64,000 nt of DNA from the human T2T-CHM13v2.0 reference genome, Homo sapiens. Below, piece after piece: positions 1 through 16,241 of the stretch. The notes under the pieces were generated by a model. The model had not been told where the DNA came from. It worked only from the letters and a program-made list of their open reading frames with translations, and searched no databases. The position numbers and the translations under genes were made by a program. Position 1 is the stretch's first letter. Every line of letters starts with the position of its first letter. Where the stretch lies: NCBI RefSeq assembly GCF_009914755.1, contig NC_060925.1. One strand, 5' to 3'.

Positions 1-15
1 TGCAGGTGACTCCTC

Positions 16-304
<289 letters not shown>

Positions 305-1037
305 TCATTGTTTTGCTCATTTTGTTTTCATTGTCCTTGCAAGATTTTCATCACTTTCTTGGAATCCAGAAATGCATTACAATTTATGTGTTCATCTTTT
401 CCAGGATCTAATTGTATTACAGCAAGAAGATTCTTGAGAACAGCTAATTTGCAATCCTGCTGAAAGCGGAAGTCTCATTTCTTCTTTTATTTCAATAATA
501 TTTCCAAATTTATTACATTATGATCAGAAAATGGCATCTGTTCTATTTCTACTGTTTAAACTTTATTGGGAATCTCTTTGTGACCTAATATATGGTGAAT
601 TTGAAAAATGCACGGACTTTGAAAATAAAATATATTATCTTTTTTATAATATAGAGCTCAAAGTTTCTTCTTTAATAGTTAAGATTTTTAGATTTTCTAT
701 AACTTTTTTTAAAAAAACAGAAAACATTTATTTCTCAAGGGCTGAGGTAAATTTGAACAACAAAAATCTTTAAAATATGTTTTATCATGCTTATATTTAT
801 ATTTCCTATAATGGAAGATTGCTTTATGAAGTTTGATGCTAAGGTAATGGTTAATAGATATTCATGACTTAAATCTTCTTGTCTATAGTATTCTTCTTTG
901 TGTTATTTATTTTATTTGCCCTTTATTCAACCTTTTGTGAAATCAAGATTAATACCTTGCTAAGTTTTATATGCATTTTCTTAGTGACTCTTCACCATTT
1001 TTTTTTCTTACTTTCAAATTAACAAATTTGATTAAGA

Positions 1038-1477
<440 letters not shown>

Positions 1478-1564
1478 TTAGATTTAGTGTCAGAATGTGG
1501 CTGGGATTTCTCTGTCCTCCAAATCAGAGGGCCATTTTCTTTCCTTTTAAAAAAAAAAGTTAAC

Positions 1565-3290
1565 CTTTGCCTTTGAGACAATTGTAAATTCACATGCAGT
1601 TATAAAAAAAAAAAAACAAAGAAATTCTATGTTAACTCAATACCAACATCTTGCAGAACTAGAGTACAATATCACAGCCAGGATGTTGACCTTGATACAA
1701 GCCATCAGTCTTATTCGGGTTTTCCCAAATTTACTTTGTGTGTGTGTGTGTCTGTGTGTAGTTAGGTCTATGCTAGTTTATGACGTGCAGTTTCATGTAT
1801 CTCCCACCACAGCCAACACACAGAACAGTTCCATCTCCCTAAATATCCCTTATGTTGCCCTTTTATAACCACATTCACTTCTATTCTACCACACTCCCCT
1901 CACACCATCCCTAACTTCTGCCAACCATTAATCTGTTTGCCGTTTCTATAATTTTGTCATTTCAAGAATATTATATAAATGGAGTGATACTGTTATGTCA
2001 AATCTTTATGATTGACTTTTTTTCCACCCAGCATTGTTCCCTAAAAATGTGCTCAAGTTGTTGCATGTATTGATATTTCCTTTTGATTGCAGAGTTGTCT
2101 TGTGAATGTTTGATTAACCATTTACCCATTGAAGGATGTTTGGGTTGTTTCTGTTTTGGAGCTTTTATGAATGAAGCTACTACAAACATTTGTGTACAGA
2201 TTTTATGTGAGCACACATTTCTATTTTTTTGGAATAAATACCCAAGGGTGCAAGTATTGGGGCCTATGGTAATTGCATATTTAGTTCTACAGGGAACTGT
2301 AAAACTGTTTTCCTGAGCAGCTGTACCATTTTACATTCCCACCAGGAATGTATGAGTGTTCCAGTTTCTCTGTGTCTTCACCAGTATTTATTATTTTTAT
2401 GTTTAAAAATTTTAGCCACTCTGATAGGTATGTACTGATACATTCATGAGGTTGTAACTGCATTTCCCTAATGACTAAGAAAGTTTAATACCTTTTCATG
2501 TGTTTATTTGCCATTTGCATATACTTTTTTGAGAACTGTCTTTTCATGTGTTTTGCCCATTTTCTAATTAGATTATATTTTTATGGTTGAGATTTTGGGA
2601 GTTTTTAAAAATGTATTCTGGATACATATTTTTGTCAAATATGTGGTTTGAAAATATTTTCTTTCAATGTGTAGCTTGTCTTTTCATTCTCTTAGTATGA
2701 TCTTTTCACAGAACATAACTTTTTAATTTTAACGGCATCCAGTTTTTGAATATTTCCTTCTATGAATCATTATTTTGGAGTCTAGTCTAAGATGGCTTTG
2801 TCTGTCCCTAGATCCCAAAGATTTTCTCCTTTTTTTTCTAAAAGTTTTATTGTCGTCCATTCTACATTTGTTTGTGATTCATTTTTAGTTCATTTGTGAC
2901 AATGGATATCTAATTGTTCTAGCACCATTCTTTGAAGAGGCTATCTTTCCTTCATTGAATTGCTTTTGCACCTTGTCAAAAACAAGGTAGGTATCATTAT
3001 GTGGGTCTATTTTTGGACTTTCCCTTCTGTCCTTTTTGTCTATGTGTCTATCCCACTGACAAAACACACTATCTTATCTACTGTAACTATATAATAAACC
3101 TTAACGTTGGGCAGGGGGATTCCTTTCACTCTATTTTTTTTCAAGGTTGTTTTCATTTATTCTCAGCCTTTTGCTTTTCCATATATATTTTAGAATAAGG
3201 TTATATATGTCTACAAAACACTTGGCTGGAATTTTGTTAGGAATTTAATTAAATCTGTAGACCAATTTGGGAAGAATTGATTCATTTTCT
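1565..3290 (-). mobile_element. Old L1 (L1MC-like) 3' UTR and ORF2 end
   Basis: ttgagacaattgtaaattcacatgcag...aacatcttgcagaactagagtacaatatcacagccagg; cattttacattcccaccag; minus-strand ORFs 1998-2216 and 2885-3067 resemble the L1 ORF2 C-terminus. Confidence 0.85.
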
Positions 3291-3601
3291 TTTAAAAGTA
3301 AGTGATATTCACTTATTGATATTGTACATGTGTGTTGTCTTAGTTCTATTATTTTCTTGCTATAGGTTTTCATGGTTAGGCTTTCAGCATATGTATGGCC
3401 TATGTATATATGCTTTAAATCTAATAATTTGGAAGATTTAAGCCTATTTTTAGTTCTGATAGATATCTTATTTTCTTGAAAGTATTTTCAGTATTTATGT
3501 TTTGACAAAAATCTATTGAATAGATTTTGATTGAATACACACCCATAGTTTTACATATTTTTATCCTTAGACATAATGTGACCTGTCAGTTTATACATAC
3601 A

Positions 3602-3929
<328 letters not shown>

Positions 3930-3988
3930 TATACATACATTTTTAAATATCATGAAATTCTTTTTCAATTATATCTTTGTGTTTTCTG

Positions 3989-4297
3989 TATTATTTATAT
4001 TATTTATTTATTTTTTGAGACAGGTTCTTGCTCTGTCATCCAGGCTGGAGTGCAGTGGTGTGATCTCAGCTTATTACAACCTCCGCCTCCTGGGTTGAAG
4101 TGATTCTTGTGTCTTAGCCTCCCGAGTAGCTGGGACTGTAGGTGCACACCACCACGCCTAGCTAGTTTTTGTATTTTTTGTGGAGATGGCGTTTCACCAT
4201 GTTGGCCAGGCTGGTCTCAAACTCCTGACCTCAAGTGATTCGTTGCCTTGGCCTCCCAAAGTGCTGGGATTACAGGCATGAGCCGCCGCACCTGGCC
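3989..4297 (-). mobile_element. AluS (Sx/Sz-like)
   Basis: Alu consensus with (TTTA)n tail. Confidence 0.95.
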
Positions 4298-4302
4298 TAT
4301 TC

Positions 4303-4385
4303 ACATATATATATGTGTGTGTATATGTGTGTGTGTGTGTGTATATATATGTGTGTATATATGTGTGTGTGTATATATATATACA
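4303..4385. repeat. Compound (TA)n/(TG)n microsatellite
   Basis: About 80 bp of alternating purine-pyrimidine sequence. Confidence 0.95.
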
Positions 4386-4710
<325 letters not shown>

Positions 4711-5056
4711 TATACTATTTTTATTTCATGTTTATTTCTTAGATTTGCCTGGTATTATGGCTTTTATTGGTGCTCGCATTATCTGATTTTCAACATCTAT
4801 TATTTTCTTTATACTCTTTCGTTTCCGTTTCATCTTGGTCACTTTTCTTAAATCTGCTCTCAATGTGCTTTTCTGTGCTTTCAGCATTATCTGTTCTTTT
4901 TGCTCTTTCCAATGGAAACTTCATTTCTATGATGACTGTATTTTTCAATTGTGACTTTAGTTCTATCATCCTTTTCTTTTTGGAAATTATAAATAATACA
5001 GAAATGTATAAAACTTAATATTACAAATACTTAGAGGCAATCACTAAAATTTGGTG

Positions 5057-5078
5057 TATATATATATATATATATATA
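5057..5078. repeat. (TA)n microsatellite
   Basis: Direct reading. Confidence 0.95.
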
Positions 5079-5915
5079 TGCAGATAATGTTTTCTATTTT
5101 GACTACTATTTATACAAAAATAACGTAATAATGCTTTGTGTATTTAAAATTTTACATAAATGCTATCTTGTCACATGTTTAAGTGTTCTATAATTAAACC
5201 TTTTTTAACTAACTTAACATGTTTGCAAATTCTATTTGTACACATAGATTTTGTTTATTTAATTGCCATATTTTATTGATTACTTGAACTTAACACAGAA
5301 TTGATATATATGGGTCACCACTAATGTCTAAGCTTTATTCTAATTTTTTAAATTACCCATGCTTTTTCTTGAATCATCTTTTTTGTTGTTGTTGCTACGT
5401 CAGTTTCCCTTTTCTTTTCCCACCCATTTGGAAGGTATATAATCCAAATTCTTTCTTCTACTGATAACTCTCAAATTTTAACATACTGTATATTTACCTT
5501 CTTTCTCCTTTAAACAATAAAGCATAGAATACATTAAATATGACCCTCTATGTATCTCATTTTTTAATGGAAGAAAATTACTTTGGTTTTTACTTTATTT
5601 TTAAATTTGTTCCAGGATAGCATTTTTAGAATAGTTAAGAGCCAATGCTTATTTAGATTTGTCAACATCTTTTGCTAGTTTTATTGCTCACTGTTACTTT
5701 TAAAATTTCACTATTTCCTAGTGGGTTCAGTTTTTACTTGCTGAAGGTAATCCTTTGGCATTTTTTCAGCTGGGTCTGTGAGTAGTAACTTTCTCAGTTT
5801 TATGCATCTTAAATTAGCTTTATCCCATATGTTCTATAGAATGATAGTTATATGGTTATAAAATTCTGAGATGACAAATTTTTTTTTCAGGTATTTGAAC
5901 ATATTATTTCATTAC

Positions 5916-6199
5916 TTTTTTTTTTTTGAGATGGAGTCTCACTCTGTTGCCCAGGCTGGAGTGGCGACATCTCGGCTCACTACAACTTCCATCTCCCGTG
6001 TTCAAGTGATTCTTCTGCCTCAGCCTCCTGAGTAGCTAGTATTACAAGCGCCCACACCATATCTGGCTAATTTTTGTATTTTTAGTAGAAACGGGGCTTC
6101 ACCATGTTGGCCAGGATGGTCTCAAACTCCTAAACTCAGTGATACACCCGCCTCAGCCTCCCAAAGTGCTGGGATTACAGGCGTGAGCCATTGCGCTCG

Positions 6200-6231
<32 letters not shown>

Positions 6232-6513
6232 GAAATGGAGTCTCACTCTGTCGCCCAGGCTGGGGTACAGTGGTGCGATCTCAGCTCACTGCAACCTCTA
6301 ACCCCCAGGTTCAATCAATTCTCCCTGCCTCAGCCTCCCGAGTAATGGGGAATACAGGCACCCACCACCATGCCCGGCTAGCTTTTGTGTTTTTAGTAGA
6401 GACGGGGTTTCGCCATGTTGGTCAGGCTGGTCTTGAGCTCCTGACCTCAGGTGATCCGCTGGCCTTGGCCTCCCAAAGTGCTGGGATTACAGGCGTGATC
6501 CACCATGCCTGGC
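5916..6513 (-). mobile_element. Two tandem AluS (5916-6202 inserted in the A-tail of 6203-6513)
   Basis: Two full Alus; a single TSD tatttcattacttttt (5905-5920 / 6515-6530) flanks the pair. Confidence 0.93.
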
Positions 6514-7276
6514 ATATTTCATTACTTTTTATCCTAAATTGTCACTGACGTACAAAGTGTGATGTTGGTCAAGCTGTCTTTGGAAGACAGCTCTCTAGTA
6601 TCTTTACATTTTTTTCTTTACTTTTGTAATGTCATGTTATTTTATCACAATGTATCTAAGAATTTAAAAAATATGGACTGTTTTCTATCTGATGAGCTGC
6701 CTTAATTTTATGACTCATATTTTCTTGTTTAGGAATTCATGTTTAGGAAAATTCTCAGCCATACTGCTATTGACTTGTCTCTAATCTCTAGTTTGTTTTT
6801 CAACAGCTCCTATTAGATGCATATTTTAACTTTTCTTTCTAGTCACCTTGACTTATAACATCTTTTTTATGTTTTTATTTATATTTGTGCTAGGAGTAAT
6901 TTGTACCTATTTTCCAATTCATGAATTTTCTCTTTAGTTTGTTATTGTCTGCTGTTAAACTCATTTACTGAGTTTTTATTTTCAATGAATATATGTTTAA
7001 AATTTTTTGGGGGTGGGGCTCTTTTAATAAAATCCTCTCTCCCTCTTTATTTCATGTTGCTATTCTCTAGTTTCTCTTTAAACATTTTTTGTTGTTGTTG
7101 TTTCTTGTGTATTTTTAAAACTCTTTTATCTTAGGTTCAGGGTACATGTGCACCTTTGCTGTATAGGCAAATTGCATGTCACAGTGGTTGGGTGTACAGA
7201 TTTTTTCGCCACCCAGATGATAAGTATAGCACCCAACGGGTAGGTTTTTTTATCCTAACTCTCCTCCTTCCCTCTA

Positions 7277-7601
<325 letters not shown>

Positions 7602-8436
7602 CTTCCCTCTACCTTTAAGTGGTCTCTGAAGTCTGTTGTTCCCTTCTTTGTGTCCATATGTACTCAATGTTTATTTCCCACTTACAAGTGAGAACTTGTG
7701 GTATTTGATTTTCTGTTCCTGCGTTAGTTCTCTTAGGATAATGGCCTCCACCTCCATCCATGTTGCTTCAAAGGACATGATCTCATTTTTTTTTTAAATG
7801 TGTGGGTAGTTTTCCATGGTATATATGTACCACATTTTCTTTATCCAGTATACCACTGATGGGCATCTAGGTTGATTCCATGTCTTTGCTATTGTGAATG
7901 GTACTGAGACGAACAGACATGAGCACATGTCTTTATGGCAGAATGGTTTGTATTCCTTTGGGTATATACCCAATAATGGGATTGCTCGGTTGAGTGGTAA
8001 TTCTGCTTTGAGTTATTTGAGAAATCACCAAACAGATTTCCAAAAAGGCTCAACTAATTTACATTCCCACCAGCAGTGTATAAGTGTTGCCTTTTTTTGC
8101 GACCTTGCCAACATCTGTTATTTTTTGACTTTTTTAAAATAGCAATTCTGATTGGTGTGAGATAGTATCTAATTGTGGTTGTGATTTTCATTTCTCTAAC
8201 AATTAGTGATGTTGAGCATTTTTTCATATTCATGTTGGCCACATGAATATCTTCTTTTGATAAGTGTCTGTTCATGTCCTTTGCCCACTTTTCATTGGGA
8301 TTGTTTGTTTTTTGCTTGTTGATTTGTTTAAGTTCCTTATAAATTCTGGATATTAGAACTTTGTCAGATGCATAGATGCAAATATTTCCTCCTATTCTGT
8401 AGGTTGTCTCTTTACTGTGTTCACAGTTCTTTTTAA

Positions 8437-8793
<357 letters not shown>

Positions 8794-9386
8794 TATTTGT
8801 GATTTTTAATTTTTGTTGCAAATGGTTTTGTTGTCTTCTTCATGAAAACTTTGCCAGCATCTTGTCCAGAATGGTATGTCCTAGGTTATCTTCCAGGGTT
8901 TTTATAGTTTTAGGTTTTACATTTAAGTCTTTAATCCATCTTGAGTTGATTTTTATGTATGGTGTAAGGAAGAGGTTCAGTTTCAATCTTCTGCAAATGG
9001 ATAGCCAGTTATTCCAGCACCATTTATTGAACAGGGAATCCTTTCCCCATTGCTTCTTTTTGTTGATGGTTGTAGGTGTGCAGCGTTATTTCTGGACTCT
9101 CTATTCAGTTCCATTGGCATATGTGTCTGTTTTTGTAGCACTACCATGCTGTTTTGGTTTCTGTAGTCTTGTAGTATAGTTTGAATTTGAGTAACATGAT
9201 GCTGCTAGCTTTGTTCTTTTTATTTAGAATTGCCTTGACTGAGCTCTTTTTTTGCCTCCATAGGAATTGTAGTAGTTTTTTTCTAATTCTGTGAAGAATT
9301 TCATACATAGTTTGATAGGAATAGCATTGAGCCTGTAAATTGCTTTGGGCAGTGTGGCCATTTTAACAATATTGATTTCTTCTATG

Positions 9387-9771
9387 TGGTATGGTTTGGC
9401 TCTGTGTCCACACCCAAATCTTATCTCAAATCATAATCCCCACATGTTGAGGAAGGGACCTGTAATCCCCATGTGTTGAGGAAGGGAAGTGATGGGATTC
9501 TGGGGGCCGTTCCCCCATGCTGTTTTGTGATAGTGAGTGAATTCTCACAAGACCTGATGGTTTTATAAATGGTAGTTTTTTCTGTGCTCTCACACGTTCT
9601 TGCTCTTGCCTGCTGCCATGTAAGATGTGCCTGCTTTCTCTTTTGCCATGATTGTAAGTTTCCTAAGGCTTCCACAGTCATGCAGAACTGTGAGTCAATT
9701 AAACCTCTTTCCTTTATAAATTACCCAGTCTCAGGAAGTACTTTATAGCAGTGTGAAAATGGACTAATACA
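9387..9771 (+). mobile_element. THE1D-like solo LTR (ERVL-MaLR), nested in the L1
   Basis: tggtatggtttggctctgtgtcc...attaaacctctttcctttataaattacccagtctcagg...ggactaataca; 5-bp TSD ctatg/ctatc. Confidence 0.9.
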
Positions 9772-9854
9772 CTATCCGTGAGCATGGAATGTTTTTCCAT
9801 TTGGTTGCATTGTCTCTGATTTCTTTGAGCAGTCTTTTGTAATTCTCACTGTAG

Positions 9855-10217
<363 letters not shown>

Positions 10218-10618
10218 CTGTATTTCATTGTTTTTGTGGCTATTGTTAATGGCATGCCTTCTTGATTTGGCTCTCGGCTTGGATGTTGTTGGTGTATAGC
10301 AATGCTACTGGTTTTTATATATTGATTTTGTACCCTGAAACTTTGCTGAAGTTGTTATCAGGTCAAAGAGCTTTTAGATAGAGACTGTGGGATTTTCTTG
10401 GTGTAGAATCATATCATCTGCAATCAGGGATAGTTTGAGTTCCTCTCTTCCTATTTGGATGCCTTTCATTTCTTTCTTTTGCCTGATTGCTCTGACAAGG
10501 ACTTCCAGTACTATGTTGAGTAGGAGTGGTGAGAGAGGGCATCCTTATCGTGTTCTATTTCTCAAGGGGAATTGCTTTCAGCTTTTGCCCATTCATTATG
10601 ATTTTGGCTGTGCATTTG

Positions 10619-12124
10619 CCTATGAAGAGACTTAGATTTCCACACAATAATACTGGGAGACATCAACATCCCACTGACAGTATTAGACAGAACGTTGAGG
10701 CAGAAAACTAACAAAGATATTCAGGACCTGAACTTGACACTTGACTAAATGACCTAATAGACATCTATCTACAGTACTTTCCACCCCAAAACAACAGAAT
10801 ATGCATTCTTCTCATCTGCACATGGTACATACTCTAAAATTGACCTCACAATCAGCCCTAAAACAATCCTTAGCAAAATCAAAAAACCTGTAATCCTGCT
10901 AACCACACTTTCAGACTACAGGACCATAAAAATAGAAATCCTTGTTAAGAAAATTCCTCAAAAACGTACAATTACATGGGAATTAAACAACTTGCTCTTG
11001 AGTGACCTTTGTGTAAACAATGAAATTAAGGCTGGAATCAAGGAATTCTTTGAAACTGATGAGAACAAAGATACAACATACCAAAATCGCTGGGACACAG
11101 TTAAAGCAGTGTCAAGGGAGAATTTCATAATGCTAAATGCCCACATCAAAAAGTCAGAAATATCCCAAATTAATAACCTCAGATTGCACCTGGAGGAACT
11201 AGAGAAACAAGAACACATCAACCCCAAAGATAGCAGAAGACAAGAAATAACCAAAATTAGAGCTGAAATGAAGGAAGTTGAAACAAAACATGATACAAAA
11301 GATCAACGAATTCATGAGTTGGCTTTTTGGAAGAGTTAATAAGATAGACCACTAGCTAGACTAATAACGAGAAAAAGAGAGAAGATACAAATAAATAAAA
11401 TCAGAAATTACAAAGGGAATATTATGATACTACTGACCCCACAGAAATACAGAAAACCCAGAGACTACTATGAATACCTCTATGCACATAAGGTAAAAAT
11501 CCTAGAAGAAATGGATAAATTCCTAGAAACATACAACCTCCCAAGATTGAACCATGAAGAAATTTAATCCCTGAACAGACCAATAATGAGTTCCAAAGTT
11601 GAATCAATAATAAGAAGCCTACCAACCAGAAAAAGCCCCAAACCAGACAGATTTATTGCCGAATTTGATCAGATGTATAAAGAAGAGCTGGTACCATTCC
11701 TACAAAAACTATTCCCAAACTATCTCATTCTATGAAGGCAGCATCATCTTGATACCTAAACCTGGCAGAGATGCAACAACAAAAAAAAAAACTTCAGGCC
11801 GATATCCTTGATGAACATAGATGCAAAAATCCCCAACAAAATAATAGCAAACCATATCCAGCAGCACATTAAAAAGGAAATCCACCATGATCAAGTGGGC
11901 TTTATCCCTGGGATGCAAGGTAGGTTCAACATACAGAAATCAATAAATGTGATTCATTACATAAACAGAACTAAAAACAAAAAACAGATGATTGTCTCAG
12001 CATATGCAAAAAAAAAAGGCTTTCAATAAAATTCAGCATCCCTTCATGATAAAAATCTTCAACAAACAAGGCATTGAAGGAACATACTTCAAAATAAGAG
12101 CCATCTATGACAAACTCACACCAG
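10619..12124 (+). mobile_element. Inverted 5' segment of the same L1 (ORF2 endonuclease to RT start)
   Basis: ORFs 10992-11339 ([27 protein letters not shown]) and 11808-12029 ([37 protein letters not shown]) are degenerate L1 ORF2 with stops and frameshifts. Confidence 0.93.
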
Positions 12125-12242
12125 CTTTAAATATTTTAAATATACTGGATTTGCAGTCTCTTTCAGATGTTCACCATCAGGCAGCTTGCTTTTTCACATT
12201 TCGTTATTCTGTTTTTCAGTGAAAATCACTGGGATCAGGACT

Positions 12243-12770
12243 GTATAATTGCCATTTACTGTGTAGGAAATTATACTCAAAGCAGTTTGAAACTATAAAT
12301 ATTTTTTATCTCATAGTTTTCTTAATCAGGAATCTGGGAGGGGCTTTGCTGTGTGTGTAGGCTTGAAGTCTCTTTTGAGGTTGTAGTCAACCTGTCAGCC
12401 AGGGCTGCTGCCTCATGTGAAAGCTCCACCCTGGGAAAGATTCACTTCCAAGCTCACTCACATAGGCCTTAATTCTTCTGGCTGTTGGCTGATGGTGTCC
12501 CTCAGATTGTTGCCATATGGATCTTACCATCAGGCAGCTTACAACATGAAAATTGGCTTCTCTCAGGCAAGTGACTGGAGAACACAAGAGAGCACCCAAG
12601 ATGGAAGCTACATTTGTCTCATAACCAAAAATCAGAAGTGACATCCCATCGCTTTTGCTATTCTGTTCATTTAAAGCAAGAAATTGGCCCCTCCCACACT
12701 CAAAGGGAGGAAATTATGCAATGGAATGAATACCAGAGTGGGGATCATTGGAGACCATTTTAGAGGCAGT
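12243..12770 (-). mobile_element. MLT1-family LTR (ERVL-MaLR)
   Basis: tcaggaatctggga...cagggctgc...ttccaagctcactcacat...cagaagtgacatcccatc...cccacactcaa...gccattttagaggc-type MLT1 motifs. Confidence 0.75.
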
Positions 12771-13719
12771 CTTGTCTTTCAGACTCAGTGATGCACATAT
12801 TGTATTTCAAAAACCATGTTGATTTTCAGCATTTTGCCTAGGATAAAAGTTACTTTACCTTGACTTAGGGCAATATTTTTATGTCAGGTCTTTTAATATT
12901 ATATTTCAATCTTTAATGTTGTCTTGAGGCAATTATGACTTATCCTAATTACTTATACCAGCAACAATTAAGATTTATGTCTGAGTTTCAAAGAGAATAT
13001 GAAAGATCTAGTCCAATCCTCTATCTTTGGGGGTTAAATCATTTAAAGAAGAAAAGTAGCAGAATATTTTACATCAGAATATGTTTTGCATTTGAATTGT
13101 GTAGGATATCAGACAACATTGGCCTTAACTTTAATTTATCTGCTCTTTTGCTAATAGAAATAGTTTATCTATTTCATAGTCAATAGTAAAAAAAATTGTG
13201 TGGTACATATGCAAAAACGCATTTTTTAACCAAGAGTGGACCTATTACAAAGATAAATGGGATTGATTAATTTAAGGCTGAGTTTGCGCTTGGTAGACAT
13301 GTTCTTTTGTAACCTCTAGACTGATATGCAAAAACTGCCCCAGGTTATGAATAAGAAAATTATGTAATGAAATGAGAAACTAACTACAGAGTTACAGATT
13401 GGTAGCATTAATAAAACATTATTAGCTTGGAGTCAGAGAAGTGACTTTAAAAAAAAACAACTCTTGACAGAAACTTAAGATCAGTGTAATATATTCCCCC
13501 AAGTTTAATGCTTGAATATAGTTGCTGATGGTTACTATCTCATAACAGTAGCTCTGTTTTGAATGTAAATTTGTTATTCATCAAAATGAATTAGTTTCTT
13601 AGTATGTTGATTTTGTATAATATAGTTTGGCTAGAAAGATTTTTATGGATATTATTTTCTACCTTTTATGTATCATGAAAGTTTTTTAAAAGGAAATATT
13701 TATTTGCTTTGTTTTTATT

Positions 13720-14450
13720 ATAACAGCTTTTTTGAGATAAAATCCAAATAATATATAATACACCCATTTAAGTACTATGGATTTTAGTACATTTGTAGAG
13801 TTTTGCAACCATCACCACAATCAATTTAAAACACTTTTATTACACTAAAAAGCAACCCTATACCCTTCATCCCCATTCTACTTGTCCCCCCTCACTTCTA
13901 GATAACCACTAGTCTACTTTCTGGCTCTATAAATTTGCTCAGTCTGGACATTTCATATAAATTGAACCTTTTATGACTTCTTTCACTTAGCATGGTGTTT
14001 TCAAGGTTCATCCATGTTGTAGTATATGTATATCAGTACATAATTCCTTGTTATTGTCAAATAACATTTCATCGTATGAATAAACCACATATTTATACCT
14101 GTTAATCAGCTGATGGACATTTGAGATGTTTCCACTTTTTGGATATTATGAAAAGTGCTACCATGAACATTCATGTACAAGTGTTTTCTTTTAATTTTTA
14201 TTTTTGGTTCAGTGGTACATGTACAGGTTTGTTATATAGGCAAATTGTGTGTCACAGGGTTTGGTGTACATATTATTTCATCACCCAGGTAATAAACATA
14301 GTACCTTAATAGGTAGTTTTTCAATCCGCAGCCCCTTCCCACCCCGCACTGCCAAGTAGGCCATGGTGTCTGTTCCCTTCTTTGTGTCCCTGTGTTCACG
14401 TACAAGTTTTTATGTTTACATATTTTCATGTTTTCATTTATCTTGGGTAC
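13720..14450 (-). mobile_element. L1MB-like 3' end
   Basis: taacagctttt..gagataa; tgcaaccatcaccacaatcaattt; tgatggacatttgag. Confidence 0.8.
14183..14394 (-). mobile_element. 5'-truncated L1PA15/16-like 3' end (~210 bp) inside the L1MB
   Basis: Same 3' UTR as 7120-7270; TSD ttcatgtacaagt (14170-14182) / ttcacgtacaagt (14395-14407). Confidence 0.88.
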
Positions 14451-14489
14451 ATCATGAAAGCTTTAAGATAAAAAATATAAGACATAAGA

Positions 14490-14712
14490 GATTGAGAACA
14501 TTGGCTTTGGATTCAGATAGATATGAATTCGAGTCATAGTTTTTCCACTTTCTAGCTATGTGACCTTGAACTAGTTGCTTAATCTTAACAGAAATCAGAT
14601 TTCTTCATCTTTATATTGGAGCACCAATATTTACTTTGCAGAGTTTTTGTGAAATATGCAGTATATGAAACACTGAGCTTATAATTGACGCTCAACAAAT
14701 AGTGGCTATTAT
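14490..14712 (+). mobile_element. MIR
   Basis: ctagctatgtgaccttgaactagttgcttaatct...cagatttcttcatct...ctcaacaaatagtggctatt. Confidence 0.8.
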
Positions 14713-14789
14713 TATCAAGGACAAGGTAGAGAAATTAAGAGCTAGTACTTATAAACAGGAGAAAGTGAAGAACACTGTTAGTCCACAAT

Positions 14790-15010
14790 GCAAGTCTAAC
14801 ACTTGTAGAAAGAGGGGAGGAAGAAGATTGGGAAGAGACTGGGACTATAATACGTTTCCAAGAAATGTTCAACTAGGCTGATGGGTTGTCCTGAAGCTAA
14901 AATTTCCCCAGGAAGGAGCCTGTTGCCTTGACAGAATGGTCGTGCCTTAGTACCCTACCACTCTCAGTTACTGGCTGGAAGGGACTTGAGGTAGATATGT
15001 TCTTGGAAGT
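14790..15010 (-). mobile_element. Old ERVL LTR fragment (LTR16-like)
   Basis: aggctgatggg...gccttagtaccctaccactctcagttactggctgg resembles the LTR16 family as I remember it. Confidence 0.5.
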
Positions 15011-15108
15011 AACATGTTGGTAGATCCAGCAGTACATTTTTAGAGCAACTAGTTTTTTTTATAGTTTCCTTTTTCTCTGAAGTTTTTATAATTTCTCAGA
15101 ATTACTAA

Positions 15109-15477
<369 letters not shown>

Positions 15478-15799
15478 TACAATATGTTCTTATATTATGT
15501 CTTACATAATTTCCTCATTCTATTTTCTTTTCTTTATCCTTCATGAGGTTCTTATTGGTAGGATGTTGGACCTCCAGAAGTAATGCACTCAGTCTCTTAA
15601 ATTTTCTGCCCCCTCCTCCAGCCCCAGGCCTTTTCCTTCCATTCTGTTTTTGTGAGAGACTTCCTTCCTACCCTCCTACTGACATTTTTATTTTAGCAAT
15701 TTTTAACTTTCATGAAATATTTCTAGCATTCTGATCATTTTTTCATAGCATACTATTTTATTAATAAAAATCTCATATTTCTCTAAAAATACTAGAGCA

Positions 15800-16241
15800 A
15801 ATAGGGTCTTTTCAGAAAGCAGAATCGACCTCAGGTGGCTCAAATAGAGTTACAGAGGGCTCAGCAGGGGATGTTTTGGCATCCAGAGACCAGCAGCACT
15901 CGGAAGGTGTTCCTACTGGCAGAGTTGAAGTACTAAGGGCAAGAAATAGCATGAATGGAACAGTCAGAGCCAAGACGTTCACTCCCCGAACCTTGGCCAT
16001 GAGCTAGACTTGCAGGGCAATGCAGCTATTGCCAGAGGTGTTTGGCACCACTGGAGACAGAAATGAAGAAATACCCCTAATTTCTTCTTTCTCCTGCACT
16101 CTAATTCTCTTTAAGACTAAACCCACTGGAAACCAGCCACGGTGATACAATCTGCAGAGTTCATCTTTCTCGGTCACAGTGTAGGGCAGAGGAGTATGTA
16201 GAATGGAGTGAAGGTGTGGCAAATGGAAAATAATTAGCATA
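15800..16241 (-). mobile_element. Old ERVL-class LTR (LTR33/LTR41-like)
   Basis: GC-richer block ending ggcaaatggaaaataattagcata, typical of these LTR termini. Confidence 0.45.

Noticed and set aside
5879-5896. tttttttttcag|gtattt, a possible recursive splice site
   Set aside because: The regenerated donor is weak and lies in T-rich antisense L1-like DNA where such matches arise by chance.
10992-12222. ORFs resembling endonuclease / reverse transcriptase
   Set aside because: Broken L1 ORF2 fragments with stops, frameshifts and deletions; not a functional gene or novel retro-system.
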